From Thelocarpon superellum (lineage: Eukaryota): DNA of 36,654 bases. Numbering within the stretch: position 1 is the stretch's first letter; each line of letters opens with the position of its first letter. The DNA lies in contig JAPEUG010000146.1 in assembly GCA_026025795.1 (NCBI GenBank), positions 1 through 36,654 on the forward strand. The letters are read 5' to 3'. Shown here one piece after another: positions 1-10,471 of the stretch. The notes beneath the pieces were generated by a model. The model was given only the letters and a program-made list of their open reading frames with translations. It was not told the origin of the DNA and searched no databases. A program made the position numbers and the translations under genes.

Positions 1-561
1 CTCGCCCTGCTTCCCTCGATCCTGTATGAACCCACGCATCCTCTTATGACGCAATCTGGCCGGCAGCAGGCGTGGCTGGGTTTTCCTTCATTACCACGGG
101 TCATCGAGCATCCGGCTCAGATGGATGTCGGGGAGCACGCCAACCCTCACCATACCAGATCGTCTGTTTCCGTGCCGAAATGTGGGGAAGAGGCGCGGAC
201 CGAAGGAAGGAGGGGTAGTGCCGTGGTGCGCGTGAGTACGTGTACCAGGCGCCTGGCTTCGGTTGGCTCCGGTCCAGCGTGGGAGCTATCTGGAAGCACT
301 GGGAGCTCCCCGCGCCTGGGTTAGGCGATGCTCGCGCCAGCTCTCCCGAGGGGCCATCGTCTCCCGAGCTCTGGGTACCTCCCCTCTCGCACGGCCCACA
401 ATAATGGTTCGAAGATCTGCTATTGAGGTCCCGTTCTGCCGACCGTCTCCCGTCTTGCTGGTGCAGGGCCAACGCGTTGTACATGAGCACTGGCTGACGG
501 ACGTTGTGCCATAGCTGGCCCACTCCGCGACCGAGCTCCCTACAGAAGACTGTACCGTGGT

Positions 562-1463
562 CTAGAAGGGATCCTCCCTCGCCAGCGTCGAGATTTTGAT
601 GACCCGAGTCACGTCAAATGCGCCTCGCTCTGGACGCCCGAGCAGCCTCGCTCTCTCCAGCGTAGTGTGCCATGTCGAGATCTGTCGCTCGTCTTGCTCA
701 GGAAGCTTCGGCAGGACGTCGTCCCGCTGGTTACTGACGAGCTTCACCTGCCCCTGGGTAAAGCTCGTGGTGAACTGGGTGTGTCTAAAGATCCACCACT
801 GCACATCCCTCAGGGCCGCGGGCCCATTGTCTCCAAGTAGGTCGGTGCCGAATGCCCAACTCCACGGATGCTCTAGATGCTCCGGCTTCGACGACCCGTG
901 GATGGTAGGTGCATGATGGGTGACCACACAGATCCGCTGCCGTTGCCCTTCTGTGCCTCCCCGGACCGAGGTGATCTCCGCGGCCAACCATTCGACATCC
1001 CGCTGATGTTCGGCGTTGTGGTTGTCCACGGTCCAGTCTTGGATCCGCCGAAAGTCATTCACCTTGGCCTCGACAATCTTGCACGCTTCCGGGAGGATGT
1101 GAGACTGGAGCGTACAGCCTGGAATTGTAATGTTCAAAAGGTCCTTCGGGCTGACTCGAGTCCGATGCAGGATGACCAGCTTCGACGAGAGAGCGGGCTC
1201 CTTCTCCGACGACGTGGCCAAGCGAAGTCCCACCTCTCAAGACACACCAAAGAACCGTGGTTGCCAAGCACCAAGAAGACCTAGACGTAGCGATCGCAGA
1301 CCCGACGCAGGAAGTCGAGGTAGAGATCGTAGTCGGCTAGTCGGCCAATGTCGCCTGCTAGGATGAGGTAGGGAGCGCGGGTAGGAAGATCAAAGGTCGT
1401 GTATTGTCGGCCCGCTTCAAGGTGAAGATCGGACATTACGTGGAAGGCCGCCGGGCGGACCAT
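562..1463 (-). pseudogene. Calcineurin-like metallophosphoesterase pseudogene
   Basis: Motifs SDLHLE, LAGDIG, GNH and VVTHHAP are present. The frame is broken by TAG at 1281-1283, a 1-nt frameshift just after GNH (~1255, destroying GNHE) and TGA at 1237-1239. The C-terminal GHTH motif reads RHTQ and SNQRGY reads SNQRDD. Confidence 0.85.
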
Positions 1464-1895
1464 CTCAGCATCTTCTCCTCGGCACGCACCAGGTGACCGT
1501 CTTTGCCGTCATGCAACCCGATCTGGAGGCGAATCTCTACTTCCAGATGGGGCCTCTGGATGGACCCGGTAGATGCCATCTAACTCTAGGTAAATGGTCT
1601 GAACTGGAAACTGACGAGGCGCGGGCGCCGTAACCGCCGACTCCCAATGGAAGAAGCCTCAATAGGCGTAAGGGTATGCTACTGTGGGAGTACTTCCCTC
1701 TGCGGGTCCTTGTGTTTCTACGGGCGGACTCAGCATTACTCGGAGTGAGTTGGGTACGTGGGGCTCCCCCGGCTATGTTAGCCAATGCCGGCGGCTAGTA
1801 GCCGCCTTGACCAAGGAGCAAAGGAGGACTACGTATGGCGCAGCCATCGTGGGAATCATGAATCCCGGTTTCAAACCCGCTTCGTCCTTCTAGAG

Positions 1896-2727
1896 ATGGA
1901 GTCGCCGGATCTTCAGCTCCCTTTGAGCTTGCTGCAGCACAATCGAATCGCTGTGTGTTTAACCGGCGAGCTGGTACGGAACTACTACAGCGTTCTACGC
2001 ATCGTCCATGTACGATTCTCGGTGGCATATCCACTACGTCGCCGCGCATAGTGCTAATCGTACTGTCGGAATATCGAGCTTTGTGCACCAGCGGCAGATC
2101 TCAGCAAGGCCGCCGCACTTCTCGCAGCACACGATCTGCCTGTTCGACTTGCAGAAGATGAGACGGGAAACCTCTACATAGCCTACCAACACGGCCTTCC
2201 GCGTTTCCTGGGCCAAAGGAGTGCGGATTGTCACTTGATCCTCGTCACCGACACATACCTCCATCTCGCCCCTTTGCATAGCCACCTCGTCTGCCCATCG
2301 AAGGAGACTCCGAAGACCAAGTACAGCCACGAGATGTTAACCTCCTGCCATTGGCTATAAGCAGCACCTTGCACATTCCACGCCTAGGTGCTCTTGTTCG
2401 GGGGCTCTGTCCGGGCTATGTTGAAACACGCGAGCCGGTGTTGCAATGGCCGCCGAGCAGCTGGTCGATAGGATGGATCTTAGCTATCAATGGATCTATG
2501 CCTATGCAAAGCTCGGTCAGCCTGACGAGAGGGCGTTTGCCCTGTTTCTCGTAGACGGAAAGGGCTCGCGCATCTCCGCCTTCTCCTTGAATCAGCTGAC
2601 GTGTTACATTTCGGTCGCGAGCGAGGCGCAGCAACTCCTGCGTGTGCCAGGGCGCAGTTGCTACTTGCTCTGTGGATGTATCATTAGCATCTCCCCCGTG
2701 ACCACTTTGGCTTCCACTTACAGCTAG
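1896..2727 (+). pseudogene. Pseudogene of an uncharacterised fungal protein family (possibly nucleotidyltransferase-like)
   Basis: Reassembles across frames as MESPDLQ...CLTGELVRNYYSVLRIVH | intron 2010-2069 (GTACGA, GCTAAT branch, acceptor reads CGG instead of CAG) | NIELCAP...GLPRF...YSHEML, frameshift ~2340, LPLAISSTLHIPRLGALVRGL, frameshift ~2440, MAAEQLVDRMDL...SRISAFSLNQLTCYI...LRVPGR. This resembles a conserved fungal hypothetical family I recall (GExALNYYxVxRxxHDxExC ... AEQLVDGMD). Confidence 0.6.
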
Positions 2728-3153
2728 GCAATCTAGCCGCACGATTACTGAGGGACAAGTCATGACCCCTGTAATCGGCAGACCTTCGGTGGCTCGAGCA
2801 GAATCGCAGCACCCTGCTCCGCCAGAAAAGACAAGAGTTCAGCATCAGGAATGTTGGGCTTGCCCTCAAGTGATATCCCGAGCTTGATATGGCCTTTACC
2901 GCATTGGATTTGACGGTGCTGCTGCAAAGACAGCGGTGGCGCCCATCAGCCTCGGCAGTCTACCACCCCCTTAACCCGGCGAGGTTCAACAGGGACTGCT
3001 CAAGCAGGAATGGTGTATCGTCTTTCCGCCGACACTGCCAATCACCCTGTCAATCTCTGCATACCACTACTCGGATCGGAATCATGTATGATTAGCTGAA
3101 TGGCAAGGAGCTCTCACCGTCTGGCATGCAAGCGTCTCGTGCCGAAACGTAAC

Positions 3154-4691
3154 TCAAGTCATTGCCGCTTCACACGCCCGTAAAGACCCAACGACAGCAA
3201 AACAGATGACGGGAGATACGACATATGCGATCTGGAGGACAGTCAGCCAGGACACAAATCACTCCCGCGAGTAGAGGACCAACGGTGAGGAACTTGGCGA
3301 TGGCCATCTTTTCGAGCTCGTTCGTTCCGTTGACGTCCGCCAGTGACATCAGCATGATCGCGGGAGGACCCGTGGGCATCAGCATCATGCAGAACCACAA
3401 CATCGGATCGGGCCCGAGGATCTGCGTGCGGGTGGCCATGGCCCAGATCACCGCGATGCTGATCCTGCATCGGCGCGACGTGGTCAGTGACGGTGCATAA
3501 GCGCCAAGGGCGGAGAAGAAGGGAGGTCGTACAGGGGCCACGCCACGAAGCGGATGGCGAAGATCAAGAGCATCGGGCTCCATGGCACAGTGCCCGATGC
3601 TTCCCCTTTCTTCATCTTCCGGAGACTGTTGCTGAGCTTGGAGCCCACCACGACCAGCTGCAAGGCAGGGAACAGCTCGCCAATGTTTTGGATGCTGGTG
3701 GTGAGCCAGGCCTTGAAAAAACCGCCCGCTTCCGTGCCGTTGAAGAATAGCCGGTGCAGCGGAGGCACCAAACCCAAGACGGCCCCGGTCACCGCCCCGA
3801 TGAGGGGGGGGTTGATGAAGGCGTAAAGAAGGTCGAGCATGGCCTGCAGCCAGTGTGGGCATTGATCCCAGTACTTCTTCGACTCCTTGAATGCCTTCCG
3901 GCCTGCTCGTTGGCCTTGTTGGACCACTGGATCAGGCAAAAGGGAGGTCGCTTCGTTGACGTCCCCGCCACTCGCGGCATCACGGCCGTCGCGGTGGTGA
4001 GGGCGAGTGCGACCCGCCTCGGCGTCCTCGGTCCCTTCGATGGCCGTGTCCTGGTCGGCTTCCTCGTCGCCGCCTTCCGACGGCTGTTCGCTCGACTCAT
4101 CCGGCGCATTTTCCCCGTCGAGCAGCTTGGGCCCCAGGGCAAAGGTGAGGGAGTTGCCCACGACGGCGCAGACCAAGAAATATGACTTGGCACGTTGTAC
4201 CGCCTCGGCCGACGTGTCGTGCTCATTCATCAGCAGCTTTGCGAGGACGCCGGTCGCGTCGAGCGCTTGGACCAGCAGGAGGGGGAGCGAGGTGGTGTTG
4301 TTGAAGGCCACGGCCGGCGTGACCCATGACGGCAACTTGAACAGCCGCGTGGCCAGCAGGCCCAAGGCCAGGGAGAGGAGGGTGTAGACGAGCGACCATA
4401 CTGCGGCTCCATCAGCAATGCACGCTTCATCCGTCTACCGATGCTGCTCGCGCACGCACCCAAAATGGGGACATAGCGAGAGGCGGTGTCGAGGTGCAAT
4501 TGGGCCCCGACGTTGGTGATGAGCAAGGCCGGTAAGAACAGGCGCACGCACAGCTTGGAGATATCCTTGGCGGAGGACTCCCGGAGGATCTGGAACTGGG
4601 ATGCGACGATGCCATAGCTGATGGTCAGGAGGACGGCGAGCGAGGCTTGCAACGCGCCGAGGAAGGACGTCACCAGGCTGCTCAGCACCAT
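3154..4691 (-). CDS. Auxin efflux carrier (PIN-like/AEC) family membrane transporter, 4 exons, ~452 aa
   Basis: Exons 4691-4460, 4400-3533, 3464-3284 and 3231-3154 join in frame through GT-AG introns of 59, 68 and 52 nt. Two hydrophobic blocks surround an acidic loop. Motifs LFLPALL, FNNTTSLPLLL, NPPLIGA and MLMPTGPPA. Confidence 0.88.
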
Positions 4692-4703
4692 CTTGCGATC
4701 CGC

Positions 4704-4737
4704 GAGGCCCGACGAGGCCCGACGAGGCCCGACGAGG
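4704..4737. repeat. 10-bp tandem repeat (gaggcccgac) x ~3.4 just upstream of the transporter ATG
   Basis: Seen directly in the sequence. Confidence 0.75.
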
Positions 4738-5223
4738 AGTCCTAGGCCACGACTGCGGATGTTTGTGGCTGGAGCACTTTTGTCATGTCTCGTTGTCTGC
4801 CTGGAGTGCCCCCGTAAGTTTGGGGGGTTCTCAACTCGTCCTCGACACCGCGTCCAATATTCGAGTTCTCTACGCGTCACTCCGCTCGCCCTCGCTTCCT
4901 CCAACCGCACTACGTCATCAGCCACTCCGGCAGTAAGGCTATTCAGTAAATGGCGCGCTCACTTCCTCCCAAGCTGTACATCTGTCGGGATGGTTTCAAG
5001 CTCCGCGTAAGATTGCTACAAGTGGTATCCTATGCTGGATGCATCGTAAGGAGTATGTACACCATAACGAGAGATCATCATGACCCAACCGTCGTACTTC
5101 GTTTCACCACATTATCCGCCGTCTCATTACCGCTCCGCTTCCGTCGTAGCAAATCATATCCATGCGTCGGTCGTCAATGGTCTCGAGGGCACGGAGCGAG
5201 CCGAGAGCAAGGAAGATTGCGCT

Positions 5224-6209
5224 CTACAAGGCGAGCATGAAGCCGACCAAGCCCAGGATGCCGCCGACACTAGGTGGAAGCGCTGCGTTGGCTGCACCGC
5301 TCGTCTTCGTGGTGGAGGCGGTCGTGGTGCTGCCGACGGTGGTCGAGGAGGTTGCGGTGCCCGTCGTCGTCGTCGAGGTCGAGCTGGTCGTGGTACTCGA
5401 CGACGACGCACCCGACGAGCCACTGGGGGTCGAGACCTACGTCACATGATGAGCGTGTTATTCGATACCAGGTGCGAAGCTGCAGCGGACTCACCGAGAA
5501 GGTTGACGTGAGGATGGTGGAGCTGCTGCCGGCGGAGTTGGTCACCACCGTGGCCAACCCCGTGATGGTGCTGCCGGCGGAGTCGGTCGTGACTATGGCG
5601 CCGGATGGCTGGGTCGGGGTGGCCACACCTCCAGTGGAGATGGTGCCGGTAATGCCGGTGATGGTGCTGCCCACCGAGTTGGTCCCGGTGCCCGTGACGC
5701 CCACGATGGTGGTGCCACCCACGACGGTCGTCAACGCATCCAACGTGCCCGTGGTGATGACGCTGCCGGCGGAATTGGTGCCCAGGACAGGCGCGCCCGG
5801 AATGCCCGTGCTCGCCACACCCCGGAGCGCGCTGATGGCCGACTCGAGCGAGGCCAGGTTGGGCTGATATTGGGAGGGGACGGCGGTGAGGTAGGTCGGT
5901 AAGCTGGTCGCGGCCAGCCCGGAGAGCAGCAGCGACTTGGCATCCGCCGTGGTGCCCTCAGCCGCCGCAGCGCTCTGCGCCACGACGGCGAAGGCCGTCG
6001 CGATGTCAGTGGGGAGATAGAGCGAGACGAGCTGCGAGACCGCCGAGGAGAACTCGGCCGCATTCGTACTACATCGCCGTCAGCAACATGGCGAGCGAGG
6101 GAGATCCTGGCGGTACTGACGCCTGGGGCGCGGGCTCGCGCTTCTCCAGCTGCGGAGCAGCCAAGACAGAGGAGCTCAGGAGAGCCAGGGGGAGCAGCTT
6201 GGACCACAT
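5224..6209 (-). CDS. Secreted, probably GPI-anchored Ser/Thr/Gly-rich cell-surface protein, 3 exons, ~291 aa
   Basis: Exons 6209-6121, 6068-5495 and 5436-5224. Signal peptide MWSKLLPLALLSSSVLA, Kex2-type site EKR, internal T(N/D)S(A/V)GS repeats, S/T-rich stalk, and a C-terminal GPI-like signal SGAANAALPPSVGGILGLVGFMLAL*. Confidence 0.85.
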
Positions 6210-8012
6210 GATGGACACGACAACGGTAGCAACGGAGCAAGGCGGGCGACAGTTCAAGGATGGGGGCGGGTGAGGTCCTGAGACACAACGAGAGCAATTG
6301 AAGATGCAGAGGCGGAAAAGAGTGCGGCGGGAGCCAAGATTATAAGACCCGGACTGAGCTGGCCAAGCCTCTCACCTGGCCGGCAGCTAGTCCTTGCATC
6401 TGCAGGTTTGGAGGTGTGACGACGGTGGGGACCTGCCAAACCTTGACAGGGGAGCTCCCATGCCGTTTCTAGCAGTGCATGTCCTGCTGTCCCCCATTTG
6501 GTGTGGGGAGATGGATGGACGTCGGGCCATGCTCGCCCAGTTTGCGTGCTAGCGTTCGGCGGCCCAGGACGATCGAGGGCGTGAGTGCGCGTCAGTGCTT
6601 CTCGTCCTATCCTGCTGTGGCTGAGCCGTGGCGCCGGGCCACTGACCTTGGCACCATGATCCCGCCGTCGCCACGGCTGGGTGGCGTCAGACGCGTGGGT
6701 ACCCACACCGCAACCCGCGGGCACAAGTGGCTTACGGTGGGACTCGATGCTGGTAGCAAGACCGGTGGCTGGGCTGGTAGATCCTGCAAGCCGGTTTTGA
6801 AAAGATGACATTTAGTTACGGCATCAAGGCTACGAGTGCAGCTCTGGTGGTGATGCAGGGCCACGACGGAGGGCGTGATTCGCGGCACGATCGACCGGGA
6901 GCCGTCTCGCTGATTGGCGTTCGAGGCAAGGAAGCGCGGAGATAGAACGAGACCTGGAGCGCCTCGCACCGTGCTGCCGTCATGGGAGGCGAATCATCGA
7001 GCCAAAGCTAGCGGGGACCCCCGGGAACCTGTTTGGGCCTTCGCTGGGACCGCACCATGGCCGAGGGTGGAGGTGCAGGTGCTCTGGCCGTGGTGCAGAC
7101 CCTGCAGACGCGCCAGGGACGTGCCTTGGCGAGCTGCAGGCCGATACTATCGGTAGTGGCTCCTCGAACGCTACCAGCCACGCAGTGTGGACGAAGCGGT
7201 CTGGCCGCCTTGCTCCACCTTCTGCCCCCGCCACTTTTTCCCGTTGATGGCACGAACGAGTCGCAGCACCCGCCGGGCGACTTTTATGGTCCGCAATGCG
7301 AGTCGCTGGTGACAGTACTCCGTCTTCGCATGGCACAGCTACACTATTGAATTGTCCGGTGCAGTTCACTAATTGGAACGATGCGGCCGAGTCACCAATG
7401 GTGGGGACGATGTCGTCACCGCGCCAAGACGTTGGCGGCCGACAGCGACGATGACGATGAAGATGATTCTGCGCGGAGTAGGACAGAGGACTCGTAGTCG
7501 AACCAAGTACGGTGGCTCGACGGCGACTCGCCTGAGACCTGTACCGTGTCGATGCGTCCTCGTAGGCGCAGGATCGTTGGAGGTATGGACGTTGCCTGGA
7601 TCTGCGCGGGCCCCAGAGTCGCACACCCAATCGCTCCACGGCGTGGATCACGTACTTCGTACGTCTCACGCTGCTGAGGACAAGCCGAGCGGCAGCCAGT
7701 CCCGCGAGCTATTGCCCATGGAAACCTCCCTAGAGCGGTTTCTAGTGGCTCCGGTAGGTGACTCGGCTACTGCACTCGCACTTGCGGATCGTAGCTGAGA
7801 GTCGTAGCCCGATCTCTGGACGCAACGGAGCTCTCCGTCCAGCAACTGGGCGAGAGGGCCAGCACCACCACCACCGCACGCTTTCGCTGGATCGGGCCGC
7901 ATCTTTGATCGTACCGCTGCGTGGCAAGATGTGGTGCAGTCCATCATACGAGCACGAGAACGAACCCGTCGATCGATTGGTCTACTCCCGACCGCATGCA
8001 GCACCATCGAGA

Positions 8013-8066
8013 AGGGACGCCAGTGCAGGGACGCCAGTGCAGGGACACCAGTGCAGGGACGCCAGC
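8013..8066. repeat. 14-bp tandem repeat (agggacgccagtgc) x ~3.8 downstream of PRP31
   Basis: Seen directly in the sequence. Confidence 0.8.
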
Positions 8067-8173
8067 ACGAGCTCGTCGGGCCCTCTGCATTACATGTACA
8101 GTAGATTGATGAAGGAACGCCAGCCAGCATTGATGACCGCCCGCAACGCCGCCCCATCGACGCGACGGCCTTG

Positions 8174-10150
8174 CTAGCCGGCCGCCGTGCCGGACTTTCC
8201 ATCGCCCACGTCGGCCTTCTTCCGCGCCGGCATCCCGGGCACCTTGAACGCGGGCGCAGGCCCGCTGCCGGCGCTGCTCCCTTGACCGCCGATCTGGGTG
8301 AAGGTTCCACCCTTGAACCACCGATCCTCATCGGCCTCACGCTTCCGTTTCATCGCCGCCTGCACCTTGGGGTCGACCAGCTCGAGGCCTTGCACGGGCG
8401 TGAAGGCGAGCGAGCTGGCCGTGCCCGCCCCGGCCCCCGCCGTGGACCCGACGCCCGAGGATCGGAGGCCATGTGCCCGGAGCATCGCGGCGTTGCCACT
8501 CGCTCCGGCACCAAAGCCACGCAAGGAAGATGCCGTGCCGCCGACCGGGGTTGCACCGCCCCAGCCCTTGTTATTCTTGCTCAGCTTGGCGCGCGTGCGC
8601 TGGTCGACCTGCAGATTGCGGATGCGGCCCTCGTTGGCCTGCCCGATCATGCCCAGTCCCTTGGTCCCCTCGCCCGTGCCGTAGCCCACTTCCTTCTCCT
8701 CCTTCCCAAAGGCCATCCGGTTCTGCGCCTTCCGTAGATCCGTCATCGCCAGGGCTTCCTTGGCTTTGCGCGCCCGGCGGCCGCCGCGCTTGCGCGACGG
8801 CTTGTCGTCCGGCGCGGGCAGCGCGCGCGCACCCTTGTTCGGCGGTGGCTCCGTGAGCTTCTCGAGGCGCTCGAGGCAGGCCGCTTTCAATTCTTCGCCG
8901 AGCGACCCGTCCAGATGGCTGTGCACTCGGTCCACCCGCGCCGCCAGGATGACCTTGGCCGACACGATGCGCATCGCTTGGCGCTTCAGGTCCGACGGGA
9001 TGCCGCCGATGATGGGCGAGTGATAGAGAAAGCCCTGGTGGCGCACCCCCACGTTGGTCGCGAAGCCCGTCTGTGACTGCTTCTTCGACCCCAGCGGCGC
9101 GATGTTGCACGCGGGCGTCTTGGCGAGCCCCGTCAGCCCGCCGGCGAAGTTGAGCAGCTGCGCGGCCACGAGGGAGCCGATCAAGGCCGTCATGTTCGGC
9201 GCGAACACATTCATCCGCGACTGCACGTAGTCGGTCAGCGTCTTCTTCGCCTGGTCGAGCGAAAGCGCCATCTCGCAGCCGCGAAGGACGCGTTGCAGCT
9301 CGGCCTCGGTCAGCTCGCGGCCCCGCGTCGTCGTCGCCTCCACCGTGACGACCATAAGCGTTGGCCCGTCCAGCACCGACTTCAGCGAGGCCCCCACCAG
9401 GTTGTCCGACGCCGACGCCAGGCGACGCACATCATCCATGGGGCCGTTGCCGATGATGGCGACCGCCTTGGCGTAGTCCAACGGGTTGGTGACGAGCGTC
9501 TCGAGTTCGGGAAAGCGCACGGAGTAGTGGTCCCGGATGAACTTGTGTACCAGGATGATCTCGTTGTCGATCGAGGTGGAGAGGGTGTTGGACTCCGTCA
9601 GCAGATGGTACTCGGGGTTGTCCTCCACCGAGCCCACGTTGGTCGTCTGTTGCTCCGGCGGGAGGGATTGGAAGTGCCCGATTCTCTGTAGCGCGGCGGA
9701 GCGAGTCAGGGCTATGGTTCGGGTCGATGGATGTAAATTTCCAGTCACATATGAGGCACAGAGACGGGGGCGGGGGCAGGGATCACGAACCTCGAGTACG
9801 GGCTCCAGCGTCGTCATCAGGCCAGCCACGGTGCGCACGTCGTCGACGCCGCCCAGCTGCATCTTCTCCACCTTGGCTTTGGCCTCATCCTCGTCGTCAT
9901 CCTCCGCCAGCGCCTCCCCGTTGATCGTCACCGCCTCTGCCGGATTCTCTTCTTCCGCTATCGCCTCATCGTCGTCGACGTCCATCTCGCCGTCGTGGTC
10001 GGTCCGCTGCGCTTTCCGTCGGCCGTGTCCGTTGGCGGTGGGTGCGGTAGCCGACGCCTCATCTCGGCGCCAGTCGCCCGTCTGGCTGGTCTCCTCATCT
10101 GACCCCGAGTCTTCAAAATCCTGGAGGAGCTCATCGGCCAGGGTAGACAT
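8174..10150 (-). CDS. PRP31: U4/U6.U5 tri-snRNP protein Prp31, 2 exons, ~623 aa
   Basis: MSTLADELLQDF start; NOSIC/Nop domain (HKFIRDHYSVRFPELETL, LAKTPACN, ARVD); Prp31_C (KRGGRRARK, NRMAFG, SSLAFTPVQGLEL). Intron 9790-9686 (105 nt, GTTCGT...CAG). Confidence 0.96.
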   Translation of the reverse strand: MSTLADELLQDFEDSGSDEETSQTGDWRRDEASATAPTANGHGRRKAQRTDHDGEMDVDDDEAIAEEENPAEAVTINGEALAEDDDEDEAKAKVEKMQLGGVDDVRTVAGLMTTLEPVLEVRDPCPRPRLCASYVTGNLHPSTRTIALTRSAALQRIGHFQSLPPEQQTTNVGSVEDNPEYHLLTESNTLSTSIDNEIILVHKFIRDHYSVRFPELETLVTNPLDYAKAVAIIGNGPMDDVRRLASASDNLVGASLKSVLDGPTLMVVTVEATTTRGRELTEAELQRVLRGCEMALSLDQAKKTLTDYVQSRMNVFAPNMTALIGSLVAAQLLNFAGGLTGLAKTPACNIAPLGSKKQSQTGFATNVGVRHQGFLYHSPIIGGIPSDLKRQAMRIVSAKVILAARVDRVHSHLDGSLGEELKAACLERLEKLTEPPPNKGARALPAPDDKPSRKRGGRRARKAKEALAMTDLRKAQNRMAFGKEEKEVGYGTGEGTKGLGMIGQANEGRIRNLQVDQRTRAKLSKNNKGWGGATPVGGTASSLRGFGAGASGNAAMLRAHGLRSSGVGSTAGAGAGTASSLAFTPVQGLELVDPKVQAAMKRKREADEDRWFKGGTFTQIGGQGSSAGSGPAPAFKVPGMPARKKADVGDGKSGTAAG

Positions 10151-10471
10151 GGCGGCCAGTCGCTCGGCCGCGAAGAGCGGGATGAAACGCAGACAGCGGG
10201 CTGCGTGGTGATGCTGTGGCTGGCGGCCAAGGTGACAATTTCCACGGATTGAACGGAAACGGAGGGTAAGTCGTCGTGACTCATGTCCACCGCACCACGA
10301 CGCCGACCCGACGATTGGTCCTAATACGGAATAGCGCTGATTACCTCAGCCAGCTCACCTCGAATTCTCTTGAGCGTCATCCAATTGACTCCGTCAAGGC
10401 CGCTCTCCACCCGACGAGCAAGCCACGACCTCGCCTCCGACACCCTCGGTCAGGGTGTGCCAGCGGCCAAC
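10151..10471. promoter_or_regulatory. Probable bidirectional promoter shared by PRP31 and CLF1 (321 bp)
   Basis: Divergent ATGs at 10150 and 10472. Contains TGACTCA (10277-10283) and CCAAT on both strands (10314-10318 and 10381-10385). Function of these sites is unverified. Confidence 0.6.

Noticed and set aside
1..560. Short ORFs at the window start
   Set aside because: No recognisable motif or splice-consistent model; cannot be called.
2034..2763. Minus-strand ORFs with ankyrin-like TPL...G.VEV strings
   Set aside because: Better explained as antisense of the plus-strand pseudogene, which has coherent motifs and an intron.
6254..8170. Several 100-230 aa ORFs and an acidic DSDDDDEDD stretch near 7440
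   Set aside because: Arg/Pro/Ser-rich shadow composition, no domain and no consistent exon structure.
10370..10471. TTG-started N-terminal extension of CLF1 in the ORF track
   Set aside because: The conserved protein begins at ATG 10472 (MESSRGPP).
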